64,000 nucleotides of DNA from an uncultured archaeon (lineage in GTDB: Archaea; Nanohalarchaeota; Nanosalinia; Nanosalinales; Nanosalinaceae), in NCBI GenBank assembly GCA_964421955.1, contig CAYQYU010000001.1, forward strand, positions 64,001 to 128,000, written 5' to 3'. Each line of letters opens with the position of its first letter. Positions within the stretch are counted from its first letter, which is position 1. Both the position numbers and the translations under genes were made by a program. The notes beneath the pieces were generated by a model. That model saw only the letters and a program-made list of their open reading frames with translations. It had not been told where the DNA came from and did not search any database. Shown one piece after another: positions 10,401 to 18,811 of this stretch.

Positions 10401-12554
10401 TGTCGTGTTCTGGAAGATCTCCGGAGAACCGTACGTGCCTGAGTAGTTCTGCCATGTCCCAGTTTCGTTAGTCGATAGATAGGCTCTGTAAAGCCCGGAA
10501 TCCGCGTCCTGGAGCTCTGCGGTTATATTTACCTCCTGGCCCTCTGTTACCGCGCCCGAGGAGTTGTCCCCGAAGCTGTTCCAGTTCGGCGTCCTGTTAT
10601 CGACGTAGAAATAGACCTGGTCAAAGTTCCAGTTGTCAGCAGTGTCGTTGCCCCAGACGATGATTTCGTGCTGGCCGGTTTCGAGAGGCCCCAGCGTTAT
10701 GTTCGGCTGGAAACTTAAGTTCCCCGAAGAGTCAAGATTGTAGCTCCAGATGCTTATGTCCTCATCAGAGGTTACGTTCAGCCACGGCGTGAAATCACTA
10801 AGAGTCGTGTTGAGAGGTTTCGTGATGGTTATCTCAGGTTTTATGGTGTCAACGCTCCCGACGCTGAAAGTCTGAGTATCGGTAGAGTTGTACTCTCCCT
10901 CCGAGCCCCTGTACCATATCTTCCAGGCAACCGTATTTCCGGATACAGAGGTGTTCTGCCAGGTGAAGTTGGTCCATGTCCAGGCATCCTCCGCATTCAC
11001 AGTCGCCGGAGAGCCGTAGAATCCGGTCTTATTCTGCCAGGCGCCGGTTTCATTCGTGGCGAGAGTCGCCTCGGTCAGGTTCACCAGGTCATATCCCTGT
11101 GCGTAGAGTTCGACCGATCCTGTCTCAGGAATACTATCAGTTTCCTGGCCCTGATCTCTCCAGTTCGGCGCCTCCGTATTAACCGTGAAGTACCTGATCG
11201 TCGAGTTCCAGTAGCCGTCAGTGCTCTCCGCCCAGACCTTTATGGAATGGAATCCGTCTCCAAGCGGATTAAGGGTCTCGTTTGGCGTAAAGCTCTCGTT
11301 GGCTCCTCCGTCCAGGCTGTACTTCCACTCCTGCACGCTGTCTGGCGAAGTGACGTTCAGCCACGGTGTATTGTCGGAGACTGTGTCATTGACCGGGCTG
11401 TGAACGTTTATGATCGGGGCAAGGCTTTCGGTCCAGACCTTGAAGCTGTCGATAACCGGAGTCAGCACCGGCGTGTCTGCGGTCATGTTAAAGTATACCT
11501 CAAGTTCGCCACCTCTGCCGTTAAAGTCGAGAGAGTAGTTCCTGGTTGTGCTTCCCGCATCAAGTTTGAATGTCTGGTTGTCTTCGCCGTAGAAGACCTG
11601 GGCCCAGCTCTGGTTACCGGATAAATTGATGTTCGAGGATGTAACCGTGAGGTTTGTCGGGGTCTCTCCTGCCGGAAGATTCAAGCTGCGGTTGTAGTCG
11701 CCGTTGAAGACCCCATCTGTTCCGTGGAAGTAGAGCTCACGGATTTCCGAGTCGGATAGCGCTCGGTGATAGAATCTGACCTCATCGATACCCCCGTCCC
11801 AGTTCTGGTCATTGTTGCTCGCCGACCCTACAGTAATGTTCTCCGAGTTCGAGTTGATGTCTGTAAATCCTGCGGAAACAGTATCCTGTAGAACACCGTC
11901 TATGTAAAGTCTGGCTTCCTGGGCGTTCCTGTCCCAAACACCTGTTACCAGAGTCCATTCTCCTGCGGCAGGTGCGGAAGCAGTAGGATTTATCCAGGTG
12001 GAGTCGGCCGAATCCCTGATGTAGAACTCGACCGTCCCAACATTATACCTCATTATGGTGACTCCCGGATTGCCTGTCCTGTCCTTCGAGAAAACTCTCC
12101 TTCTGCCTGAAAGAGCATCTGGTTTGACCCACGCCGATACAGTCAGGGAAGTGTCAGAAGGTATAGAGTCGATGCCAGTGGTTACTCTTCCATCGGTTCC
12201 ATCGAAGTTGAACGCCTCTGTTCCGAATACTCCTTCCACACCTGTTGTGACTCCGCCTCTAACTGTCCCATCTCTGTCTTCGCCGGAATAGCCCTTTGAA
12301 AGTCCCTGGTCGAACCGCCAGAATCCTTTCAGTGAGTCGCCCGATGTCCCATTCAGGTAGCCGATGCCGAGATCGCCCGAGTTGTCGACCCTGTCAGCGG
12401 AGGTGGCGTTGAAATCAGCCGGGCTCCAGTCGGCCTGGGACGAAACTTCAGAAGTGGCGTTTGCAAGGCCTAGAAGAACTGTGACCGTGAAAAGTAGAGC
12501 TACAACTGTCTTGATACCAGTTGCTCTTTCCGTCCATGTTCTTCCCGGCTCCAT
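7470..12554 (-). CDS. Large secreted surface glycoprotein/adhesin (1694 aa), two LamG-like domains and repeated Ig-like modules
   Basis: N-terminal hydrophobic signal; LamG motifs GFWRFD...TVSAWVKP...IDEVRFYHRALS and GFWRLD...VDEAMLFNKSL; duplicated TPWLNVTS...W.Y.LD module; many N-x-S/T sequons. Confidence 0.9.
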   Translation of the reverse strand: MEPGRTWTERATGIKTVVALLFTVTVLLGLANATSEVSSQADWSPADFNATSADRVDNSGDLGIGYLNGTSGDSLKGFWRFDQGLSKGYSGEDRDGTVRGGVTTGVEGVFGTEAFNFDGTDGRVTTGIDSIPSDTSLTVSAWVKPDALSGRRRVFSKDRTGNPGVTIMRYNVGTVEFYIRDSADSTWINPTASAPAAGEWTLVTGVWDRNAQEARLYIDGVLQDTVSAGFTDINSNSENITVGSASNNDQNWDGGIDEVRFYHRALSDSEIRELYFHGTDGVFNGDYNRSLNLPAGETPTNLTVTSSNINLSGNQSWAQVFYGEDNQTFKLDAGSTTRNYSLDFNGRGGELEVYFNMTADTPVLTPVIDSFKVWTESLAPIINVHSPVNDTVSDNTPWLNVTSPDSVQEWKYSLDGGANESFTPNETLNPLGDGFHSIKVWAESTDGYWNSTIRYFTVNTEAPNWRDQGQETDSIPETGSVELYAQGYDLVNLTEATLATNETGAWQNKTGFYGSPATVNAEDAWTWTNFTWQNTSVSGNTVAWKIWYRGSEGEYNSTDTQTFSVGSVDTIKPEITITKPLNTTLSDFTPWLNVTSDEDISIWSYNLDSSGNLSFQPNITLGPLETGQHEIIVWGNDTADNWNFDQVYFYVDNRTPNWNSFGDNSSGAVTEGQEVNITAELQDADSGLYRAYLSTNETGTWQNYSGTYGSPEIFQNTTSKRLVDFTWDNIGFSGVLGYRVWFRDAAGNWNSTPENSFLVEEQTNVQSSDISDLSAWTGVFNYTSVTRQDNSGNLGIGYMNYTLAPIGFWRLDTDSGAAKDYSGNGFNGAVAGATRTSGGVFSTDHFYFSGSGYVDADISEVAKPDWTVSVWIKPDSWNNGAREEFLSFSEDVSSKPLDLGIENGQLKHWRGDAAGQVMSYDVSGLSGWHHVTLTQDRTSSSNVDLAMYVDGNQVATASGDYENLYDKLWIGASKTTNFYFSGGVDEAMLFNKSLDQGEIDQLYFGGKDGVFNGDYNQTVDVPDSGRLTRMLVDYENAASSGNQSWIEVETTNGETQTVKLSGTQRRNYTLNFTQNGGQAFVNVNFTASTPEKTPIINELELHSESLTYSFNTTLKDSSGSIYSDARLEFLDSFGNTVASADTSTENYLEKGLARDLNYTVRNTAPVFSSFFIATLKDITVDSAKEVEPQVVRNYTGSTPAGVTNVTTVYALDDTGLDYSGAKLVLPKLGTDPNVVLHCTDWDFGAASCNSWQVNSTSEYGAKQNSTHIWFEVDRFDAFGVGKGATLPNVTDIRIYEVTDLVDKETGGRLVDTGLNTTLDIGHNEGDQYRFEFRIRNQGDGDWDIENSDELFHDGLNTGWPVTKIWYNISGDFDGGSTSSGRVNWDTSNGGVLQTIENNNTMYAKYIVNITDTVSNSYSQQFKVNDTSSATGSEDYHLLNVTKLGFLDVELTEPPSSTTVCKNDDFTVNATVNCRDGLCGDVYASTRYNESGSAETLIPENSGTPFHTLGPNTRLGNNSMKEGDSFYINWSVNATGSIRDYLLDVNASSMREGMQPNNSDDALISLRKALYTNFQADRVDFGVLDPGERNISAAGNSNHEYNLSVGGCATADTWIRSTDLATDGWGDYSIDAENVSYGLENDISNETDLSGTYDLLQPDVSSNTNLTTFYWIDVPTGIKSSDYNGTLFFKVNATG

Positions 12555-12558
12555 TATT

Positions 12559-12783
12559 CTATTCAGCCTCTGTAAAGTTCTCCAGAGATTCCTGCTTCAG
12601 GTAGTGTAATTTGGCTCTTCCTACGGCTCTCTGCTCGATTTTTTCCTCCGCCTTCAGAATCTCAAGGTACTTGGCTGCAGTGGCCCGGCTGATGTCCAGG
12701 TCGTCCGAGATATCACTGATCGTGGAACCGCGAGGATGGTTTGCAAGGTACTCCAGAATTCTTTCTCTTGTTCCGGTGTTCAA
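12559..12783 (-). CDS. Small winged-HTH transcriptional regulator
   Basis: TISDISDDLDISRATAAKYLEIL HTH with wing GRAKLHY; TTG start preceded by GGGAGGG. Confidence 0.8.
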   Translation of the reverse strand: MNTGTRERILEYLANHPRGSTISDISDDLDISRATAAKYLEILKAEEKIEQRAVGRAKLHYLKQESLENFTEAE

Positions 12784-12918
12784 TTCCCTCCCCCGTTGGT
12801 TATCATTAATGCTAACTCCTTATGATAGACAATAATGATTCCCCGTTTATAATTCCTTCGAAAAATTAGGGCCTAAAATACGGTTATCACGGGTTAGAGA
12901 CGTTTTCGCCCGTGAAAA

Positions 12919-13365
12919 CTATATGTAGACAACGGCGACTCCGGCGACCTCACCCAGCAGTGCTACAAGAACCAGCCACTGGTAAAGCTCCGCGTTATCT
13001 TCCAGCCGGTCCTGCGCATTATCCGAAAGCCGGAGGGATTTGCCCGCCTGCTGGAAGGCGGTCGCGGCCTGGGCAAAGCTCGCCGCCACACCAGTAGTCG
13101 TAGTTCCCTTCGCGGTACTTAACGCTTCAACACTGTCGTTAAAGCTGGGACTGCTTATGATAGCCTCCGCCCGGTCAAAGTTCATGTTGGTCTGCCGCAC
13201 ATCCTTTGCCGACGACTGGAACACCAGCGTGGCGTGGACTGACACGATTAGAAGTGCCGTTGAGGCTATCACCATTACCTTCCCGAGTTCTCGCTGGTCG
13301 ATCATGTACTCGTTGTGGAGTTCAGAAATCTTTGCCCGGATATTTCCCGTTTCGGGTAGCTTCAT
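12919..13365 (-). CDS. Hypothetical membrane protein (2 TM)
   Basis: Two hydrophobic stretches; fills the gap between neighbours; true start may be the second Met. Confidence 0.65.
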   Translation of the reverse strand: MKLPETGNIRAKISELHNEYMIDQRELGKVMVIASTALLIVSVHATLVFQSSAKDVRQTNMNFDRAEAIISSPSFNDSVEALSTAKGTTTTGVAASFAQAATAFQQAGKSLRLSDNAQDRLEDNAELYQWLVLVALLGEVAGVAVVYI

Positions 13366-13397
13366 ATCCTATAATCTTCTGCGACCGTTTAAATTGG

Positions 13398-13772
13398 TTA
13401 ACAGGGCTCTAGTTCAATCCCGTATTCCCGATTCCATGTCCTGCAGTTCTGGCCGTAGACCCGTGTCTTCTCCGCCCATGAAGTTCCGATCGAACGATTA
13501 TTGAGGCCACAGATCCTCTCTCCCAGGTCAGCACATTTTGCGGATATGTTCGCTACAATACCACACTGCGACTTTTGAACGAAGCTCTCTCGGAAGGACT
13601 CGTAGCCCAGGCAGCTGTCACCTGCGGGAATACCGTGGCAGAGCTTGGTCTCGGTGTAACAGGTCGAGTCCGCGGTGAAAACAGGGACGCCGTGAACCAC
13701 CGCCAGGCCCGCGACGAGAATTAGAGCAGTAGCGGCGTAGAGGTGTTTTTTCCCAAAATCCGGCATCTCCAT
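13398..13772 (-). CDS. Membrane-anchored Cys-rich hypothetical protein (probable paralog of 22586..23026)
   Basis: N-terminal TM then C.GI.AG..CLG.E and G..WA...GQ...W...I.L.PC motifs. Confidence 0.7.
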   Translation of the reverse strand: MEMPDFGKKHLYAATALILVAGLAVVHGVPVFTADSTCYTETKLCHGIPAGDSCLGYESFRESFVQKSQCGIVANISAKCADLGERICGLNNRSIGTSWAEKTRVYGQNCRTWNREYGIELEPC

Positions 13773-13826
13773 GTTGGTTTACTTACCTGCGTTATAAGTT
13801 TAAAACTACGCTTCTAGCAACAGGCT

Positions 13827-14231
13827 ATGAGTCTCGATGTCTGGATGGTATTCGAAGCTGTGGCGCCTGACAGGGCCTCACTCGAGGACGCTCTCGAAGA
13901 CCATGTAGAGATGCTTGAGAGCGAGAATGGTATAGAAATCTCAGAGAAGGAAACAGATGAAATCTCGGAGATGGAGAACCCTCACCCCGGGCTTGACAAG
14001 GGTTTTTCGAGCCTGACAGAGATAAGGGCTGAAGTAGAGGACTTTGCAAGACTGATGGAGTTAGTCATCAACTACGGACCTACCTACGTCCAGCTTGAGG
14101 GTCCGGACAGCTACGAACTTGGCCTCCGTGAGGGCCAGGAAGCTCTCCAGAACGTCGCGAACACGATGCACCAGTACGCTCAGAAGGGAGCAGGAGGAGT
14201 GCTTATTTCAAGAGCATCAGAAGAAAACTAA
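13827..14231 (+). CDS. Acidic hypothetical protein
   Basis: TTTAAAA box ~25 nt upstream of ATG; acidic composition typical of real genes here. Confidence 0.75.
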   Translation: MSLDVWMVFEAVAPDRASLEDALEDHVEMLESENGIEISEKETDEISEMENPHPGLDKGFSSLTEIRAEVEDFARLMELVINYGPTYVQLEGPDSYELGLREGQEALQNVANTMHQYAQKGAGGVLISRASEEN

Positions 14232-14265
14232 GCTATTTAACACTCAGCTAGACAGAAAAGACATA

Positions 14266-15153
14266 ATGAGGAAACTGCTCGCCGCCGCTCTTGTCGTGAT
14301 GTTTGTCTGCACGGCAGCGGCCACCACGGTTCAAAAAGAGAAGGTGAAGGTCGATCTCTCGACCTCAACTGTGAAGGTCGACATGGAGATCAAAGACCTC
14401 ACCTCGAACCAGTTCACTTACCTCACAAACTATCCTGCCCGGAACATACGCGCAAATATAGATGGTTCTCCTGTAGAATGTAGCATCGAGGACCGCACGA
14501 TCGGGTCTGAGATCACCTGTGAACCGCCGGAAACGGAAAGCTTTGATGTCAACATGACTTTCAACGGCGCCGGATTTACCGACTCCCTTCAGGATGTCAA
14601 GGTCTTCCGGTACAGGCAGTCCTTCTACCGGCCGACCCAGAACTACAGTATGAAAGTTATTCTGCCCAGGAGCTCGGGTATACTCAACGATCAGAACATG
14701 TCGATACCTGTGGTTTCTCCAGGAAACGCGGATATAGGAAGTGATGGTCGCAGAATCTTCGTCAGATGGAGGATGAATCCCGGTCTGGGTGACAGTACAG
14801 AATTCCAGGTCGCCTACGAGGAGTTCTCAAGCCCTGTCCGGCCACTCCAGTTCGTGGGTATAGCGTTGCTTGCGTTTGTGATGGCAGTTGGAGCTTACCT
14901 CGGGTACGTAAGACTGAACCAGGAGAGCATAGAGAACACGTATGAAGAGCTATCCGAAGATGGCATAGAGGTCGTCGAAATCCTGCGAGAAAACGGGGGA
15001 GAGATGCTGCAGAAAGACGTTGTCAATACACTCGATTACTCCAAATCGAAGATTTCCGGTATCGTGTCAGAACTCGAGGAGAAAGAGATAGTTGTGAAGG
15101 AGAAAGAGGGCAGAAGCAACAAACTTTCGATTTCCCGGTACTACAGGGGCTAA
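14266..15153 (+). CDS. Membrane-anchored protein with extracellular domain and C-terminal MarR-like HTH
   Basis: Likely start ATG 14266 (MRKLLAAALVV signal); TM near residue 200; C-terminal GGEMLQKDVV...SKSKISGIVSELEEKEIVVKEKEGRSN wHTH. Confidence 0.8.
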   Translation: MRKLLAAALVVMFVCTAAATTVQKEKVKVDLSTSTVKVDMEIKDLTSNQFTYLTNYPARNIRANIDGSPVECSIEDRTIGSEITCEPPETESFDVNMTFNGAGFTDSLQDVKVFRYRQSFYRPTQNYSMKVILPRSSGILNDQNMSIPVVSPGNADIGSDGRRIFVRWRMNPGLGDSTEFQVAYEEFSSPVRPLQFVGIALLAFVMAVGAYLGYVRLNQESIENTYEELSEDGIEVVEILRENGGEMLQKDVVNTLDYSKSKISGIVSELEEKEIVVKEKEGRSNKLSISRYYRG

Positions 15154-15456
15154 CTACTTTGGCACCGTAATTGCAAATGTTCTATTCATGCCTCGATAAC
15201 TATGTACGCAGAAACACCTGGCCTCTGTTCTGTTCTGGACTTCCTCTGACAAATTGAGACTTGCACGGTCGGCGGAGAAGCATGAAATCGTACCGTTAAA
15301 GCTCTTTTCCTGCCTGACCTGGTCTTCTATGTTCTTACAGAAAAGGTCTTCCTCTTCGTCTTCCTGACCGTTAAACTCTGCGGTGTATGCCATTAAACCC
15401 ACGAAAAGCCCCGCGATAACTGTGGCGGCGATTATTTTCCAGTTTTCCATTTTCAT
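15154..15456 (-). CDS. Small membrane-anchored hypothetical protein with four Cys
   Basis: N-terminal TM; overlaps upstream gene by 4 nt. Confidence 0.65.
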   Translation of the reverse strand: MKMENWKIIAATVIAGLFVGLMAYTAEFNGQEDEEEDLFCKNIEDQVRQEKSFNGTISCFSADRASLNLSEEVQNRTEARCFCVHSYRGMNRTFAITVPK

Positions 15457-16127
15457 TCACCGGAGGCGCTTACAGTAAGCCGGTCCTCTATGGATCTTCG
15501 GGAGTGAACGCCTTCCATCGTCCGGTTACCGTTTATGACTATAGTCGGCGTTTCAGTCACGTTGAACTGGTTTGACAGTATATCCACCATGCCGTCATCC
15601 ATCCGTGTCGGTATCGAGAATACCAGTAGATCGTTGCCGTATCTTCTTTTCAGGAGCGTTAGCTGGCGGCCCATGTTTTCACAACCGGAGCAGTCTTCTT
15701 TTTCAAGTGTGGTTGTGAAGAAAAGTATGGTATCGGGGCTATAGTTACATCTTTCCCTGACCTCCTCAGCGAATATCCAGTATCTTATGCCTGAGAGTAT
15801 GTACTGGCGCTTGATGTTCTGGAACTCCTGAGAGCTGAAGAAGCTGTCCTGCTGGTACTCCTGCACCAGATCCAGCCTCTGGTTGTATCCCGAGACGATA
15901 TCTGTGAGCGCGATCCTGAGAACGCCGCAGGACTGGGTGTCGTCGGACCGGAGATAGGAGAGCTGCAGCTGGTTGCTTTCAAGTTCTATGAGGTCTTGCT
16001 GTATACCGGCATCCAGGGACTCGGACCGGGTCTGGTCCATCAGGTTGCTGAACATAACTCCCATTAGAAAGACCATGACCGTGAGAACGAGTGCGGCGCC
16101 GTACCTGTATTTCTGGACTTTTCTCAT
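15453..16127 (-). CDS. Membrane-anchored thioredoxin-fold protein
   Basis: N-terminal TM, CSGC motif, TPTIVING cis-Pro-like motif. Confidence 0.7.
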   Translation of the reverse strand: MRKVQKYRYGAALVLTVMVFLMGVMFSNLMDQTRSESLDAGIQQDLIELESNQLQLSYLRSDDTQSCGVLRIALTDIVSGYNQRLDLVQEYQQDSFFSSQEFQNIKRQYILSGIRYWIFAEEVRERCNYSPDTILFFTTTLEKEDCSGCENMGRQLTLLKRRYGNDLLVFSIPTRMDDGMVDILSNQFNVTETPTIVINGNRTMEGVHSRRSIEDRLTVSASGE

Positions 16128-16133
16128 TTTTCA

Positions 16134-17522
16134 TTACCTGCTGTAGATCACGTAGTTACACGTATCTCCCCTGATTTCAAAAGACTTTCCGTACCTCTGG
16201 TTGAGCCGGTTCTCGAACTCTTCTATACTGCTTAGGCATTCCCTGTTACCTCTGCAGTCCCAGTAGCACTGGTTAATGGCCCAGTGATCTATCTCTCCTC
16301 TTTCCTCCTCGAAGATCTCGGAAAGCTCAGGCGGCGGTAACTCCTGGTATGAAAAATCGGCGTAAAGATTGGTTGCAGGATCATTAGTGGCTATCCTGCC
16401 CTCGAGAGTGGAGACCTCCCCGAGAAACTTTCGGCGGTCAGGATTCTCCCATGTCACCGCGTTGAAGGTCGTCATGAAGCTGTAAGACATGACCGCGATT
16501 ATGGCTGCAAGGAGCAGCCACTCGATCCGAATCTTTTCCAGATCGATCCGCTCCTTTAACTCCAAAAGCCCTCTCGCAGAGAACACGGCCATAACCGGGA
16601 GGAATGGCAGGATGTAACGCTCCAGTTTCAGGGGAAACACCCCGAAGAAAACGTAGAAAACTACAAGTCCGGAGAAGAACGCACCATAGTTCCAGTCCCT
16701 GTCACTGAAGACCGCGTAAAGTCCGACCGGGAGGAATATCTGGAGAGGATTCGACCTGACCGCCCCGACAAGGTAGTATGCGAAAGCAGTGTAGTCAGCG
16801 CCCGCAGCAGCTGTGTTGCCAGCGCTTACCAGGAACGGTTTCAGCATCGACCCCTCAAAGAACTGGAGGAAGAGCATGTACGGGACGACTATTAACGCTA
16901 CAGCCGTTGCAAACCTGGAAATACTGTTTATTGAACTCCTCAGGTCACCTCTCTTGATTCCCCTGGCAAGTATGAAAACAACCGCAGCTACCCCCACGAG
17001 CGCGGCAGGATACCTGAACAGGAAGGCCGAGGCCGCCAGAACCCCTGCCGGAAAGTATTTTTCCCGGGTGACCATGTAGAGAGACGCGAAGATCAGTATT
17101 GAGGAGGGTATTCCGGTCAGTATTTCAGGTGTGAAAAAGTAGTAGACATGTGATGCCGCTACTATTCCCGCGGTCGCGATCGCCTCCGTCCTGCCAAACA
17201 ACCGGTCCGTCAGAGTGTAAAATATTCCGATTCCGATCGCTGATACTCCCAGACCTACCAGTCTCGGGTAGCCCAGCATCGGCATTCCCAGTTTCCAGAA
17301 GAGTCCTATAATCATCGGTACTCCCGGACCTCTCAAAGCGGACCAGAATCCGTATTCGCCCATGGAGTAGATGTATTTGCCGGTGGCGATGTAGATACTT
17401 GAGTCCCAGAGCAGCGGTTTCTGCCATATTGCTGCGATCAGCACCAGCTGGCCGAGTATAAAAGCGGCTATTATAACGCTAAGCATCCAGTTCTGCTCCA
17501 GCCATTCTCTGAATTTTACCAT
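16134..17522 (-). CDS. Multi-TM GT-C glycosyltransferase (ArnT/PMT-like)
   Basis: WDSSIY motif after first TM, many TM helices, ERYILPFLP motif. Confidence 0.78.
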   Translation of the reverse strand: MVKFREWLEQNWMLSVIIAAFILGQLVLIAAIWQKPLLWDSSIYIATGKYIYSMGEYGFWSALRGPGVPMIIGLFWKLGMPMLGYPRLVGLGVSAIGIGIFYTLTDRLFGRTEAIATAGIVAASHVYYFFTPEILTGIPSSILIFASLYMVTREKYFPAGVLAASAFLFRYPAALVGVAAVVFILARGIKRGDLRSSINSISRFATAVALIVVPYMLFLQFFEGSMLKPFLVSAGNTAAAGADYTAFAYYLVGAVRSNPLQIFLPVGLYAVFSDRDWNYGAFFSGLVVFYVFFGVFPLKLERYILPFLPVMAVFSARGLLELKERIDLEKIRIEWLLLAAIIAVMSYSFMTTFNAVTWENPDRRKFLGEVSTLEGRIATNDPATNLYADFSYQELPPPELSEIFEEERGEIDHWAINQCYWDCRGNRECLSSIEEFENRLNQRYGKSFEIRGDTCNYVIYSR

Positions 17523-18772
17523 CTTCCCTCTCTCCGCAGCAGGAAGTCAACCGTGACTTTGGCCCACATAAGTCCTATGAATAGGAAATACCAGAATACA
17601 TAAATTATGACAGGAATGTATCCATGTTCGAAGAGTTTTTCCTCAGTGTGGATCGCAGAAAGGTAGGAGACAAATATTGACAGGAAGAATAGCGATCCCA
17701 GCAGCATCCAGGTGACCACGTCAAAGCTGATAACTGACCAGTAGAATCCGGAGAAAATACCCTCCACCGTTATCTCATCCAGGTTCAATGTTATAGCGTC
17801 CAGACCCACTGCGAGAAAGTCCAAGACAAAGCTGTACAAGGGCTTGAGGAGAAGGTAGGAAAGTAGCGACAGTCCCGCAATTGAGAGAAATCCCTGCGCC
17901 AGCTTCGACGGTACCGCAAATATTCCGAAGTCACCGTACTCCGGGTTCATCATCATGTGCTTGTACTTGAGTATGTTTTCGAGCGAGCCCCGGTACCACC
18001 TGTACCTCTGGTTGTAGAGCTCCTTCAAAGTTGCCGGAGCCACTGTGTGAACTTCTCCCTTCCGGGAGTGTCCGACCTCCCAGTGCTGTTCCTGGAACCG
18101 GAAACATATCTCCTGGTCCTCCACAAGAGAATCCTCGTCAAAACCTCCCACATCTTCCAAGATTTCCCTCCTGTAGATGCTGAGCGGTCCAGGAGTGACA
18201 TGTATGGAGTCTATCAACCCCATGACGTTCCGGAGGAATATTCCAACCATGTATTCTACCCACTGTAGCCTCTGAAGCAGATTGCCTGGTTGATAAACTT
18301 TCATCGCGGAGGCTATTCCTGCCTTCTTGTCGTCCATGTCCGCCACTATATTCTTCACGGAGTGCTTGTCCAGCCGCGAATCGGCGTCGACACACGCCAC
18401 CAGGTCTCCCTCGGCCTCTGCAAGACCTGTATTTAGTGCGGCACCCTTGCCCTGGTTCTCTTGGTTGATCACAGTTATATCGTGCTCTTCACTGTATTCC
18501 TCGACTATCTCCCTTGTCTGGTCCTCGCTGCCGTCGTTGACCACAATAATGTCATACTTCTCTTCAGGGTACTCTATACCGTCCACGGACTCTATGGTCA
18601 TGCCGATGGTGTCTTCCTCGTTATAGGCCGGTATTATCAGGCTGACTGATGGCCATTTCTCGGGCCAGTCTGGGTCCTGCCTGAGCCGTCCTTCTTCAAG
18701 GAAAACCAGGAGCAGGAAGAACGAGATATACAGGATTACCGCGTAGATAACCCATATCAGCTGCCTGAGCAT
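17516..18772 (-). CDS. Processive-type GT2 glycosyltransferase (PgaC/IcaA/cellulose-synthase-like)
   Basis: IIPAYNEE, NDGSED, VDADS, VED and QRYRW (D,D,D,QxxRW) motifs; flanking TM helices. Confidence 0.88.
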   Translation of the reverse strand: MLRQLIWVIYAVILYISFFLLLVFLEEGRLRQDPDWPEKWPSVSLIIPAYNEEDTIGMTIESVDGIEYPEEKYDIIVVNDGSEDQTREIVEEYSEEHDITVINQENQGKGAALNTGLAEAEGDLVACVDADSRLDKHSVKNIVADMDDKKAGIASAMKVYQPGNLLQRLQWVEYMVGIFLRNVMGLIDSIHVTPGPLSIYRREILEDVGGFDEDSLVEDQEICFRFQEQHWEVGHSRKGEVHTVAPATLKELYNQRYRWYRGSLENILKYKHMMMNPEYGDFGIFAVPSKLAQGFLSIAGLSLLSYLLLKPLYSFVLDFLAVGLDAITLNLDEITVEGIFSGFYWSVISFDVVTWMLLGSLFFLSIFVSYLSAIHTEEKLFEHGYIPVIIYVFWYFLFIGLMWAKVTVDFLLRREGRW

Positions 18773-18811
18773 GAATTGAGTGAATCTCTAAGAAGTTAAA
18801 TAAACTTGGAA

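Noticed and set aside
93-12609. Many plus-strand ORFs of 60-184 aa over the giant genes
   Set aside because: Shadow frames antisense to long acidic minus-strand genes; Ser-rich and without motifs. The same applies to antisense ORFs over rpo, fusA, tuf and others.
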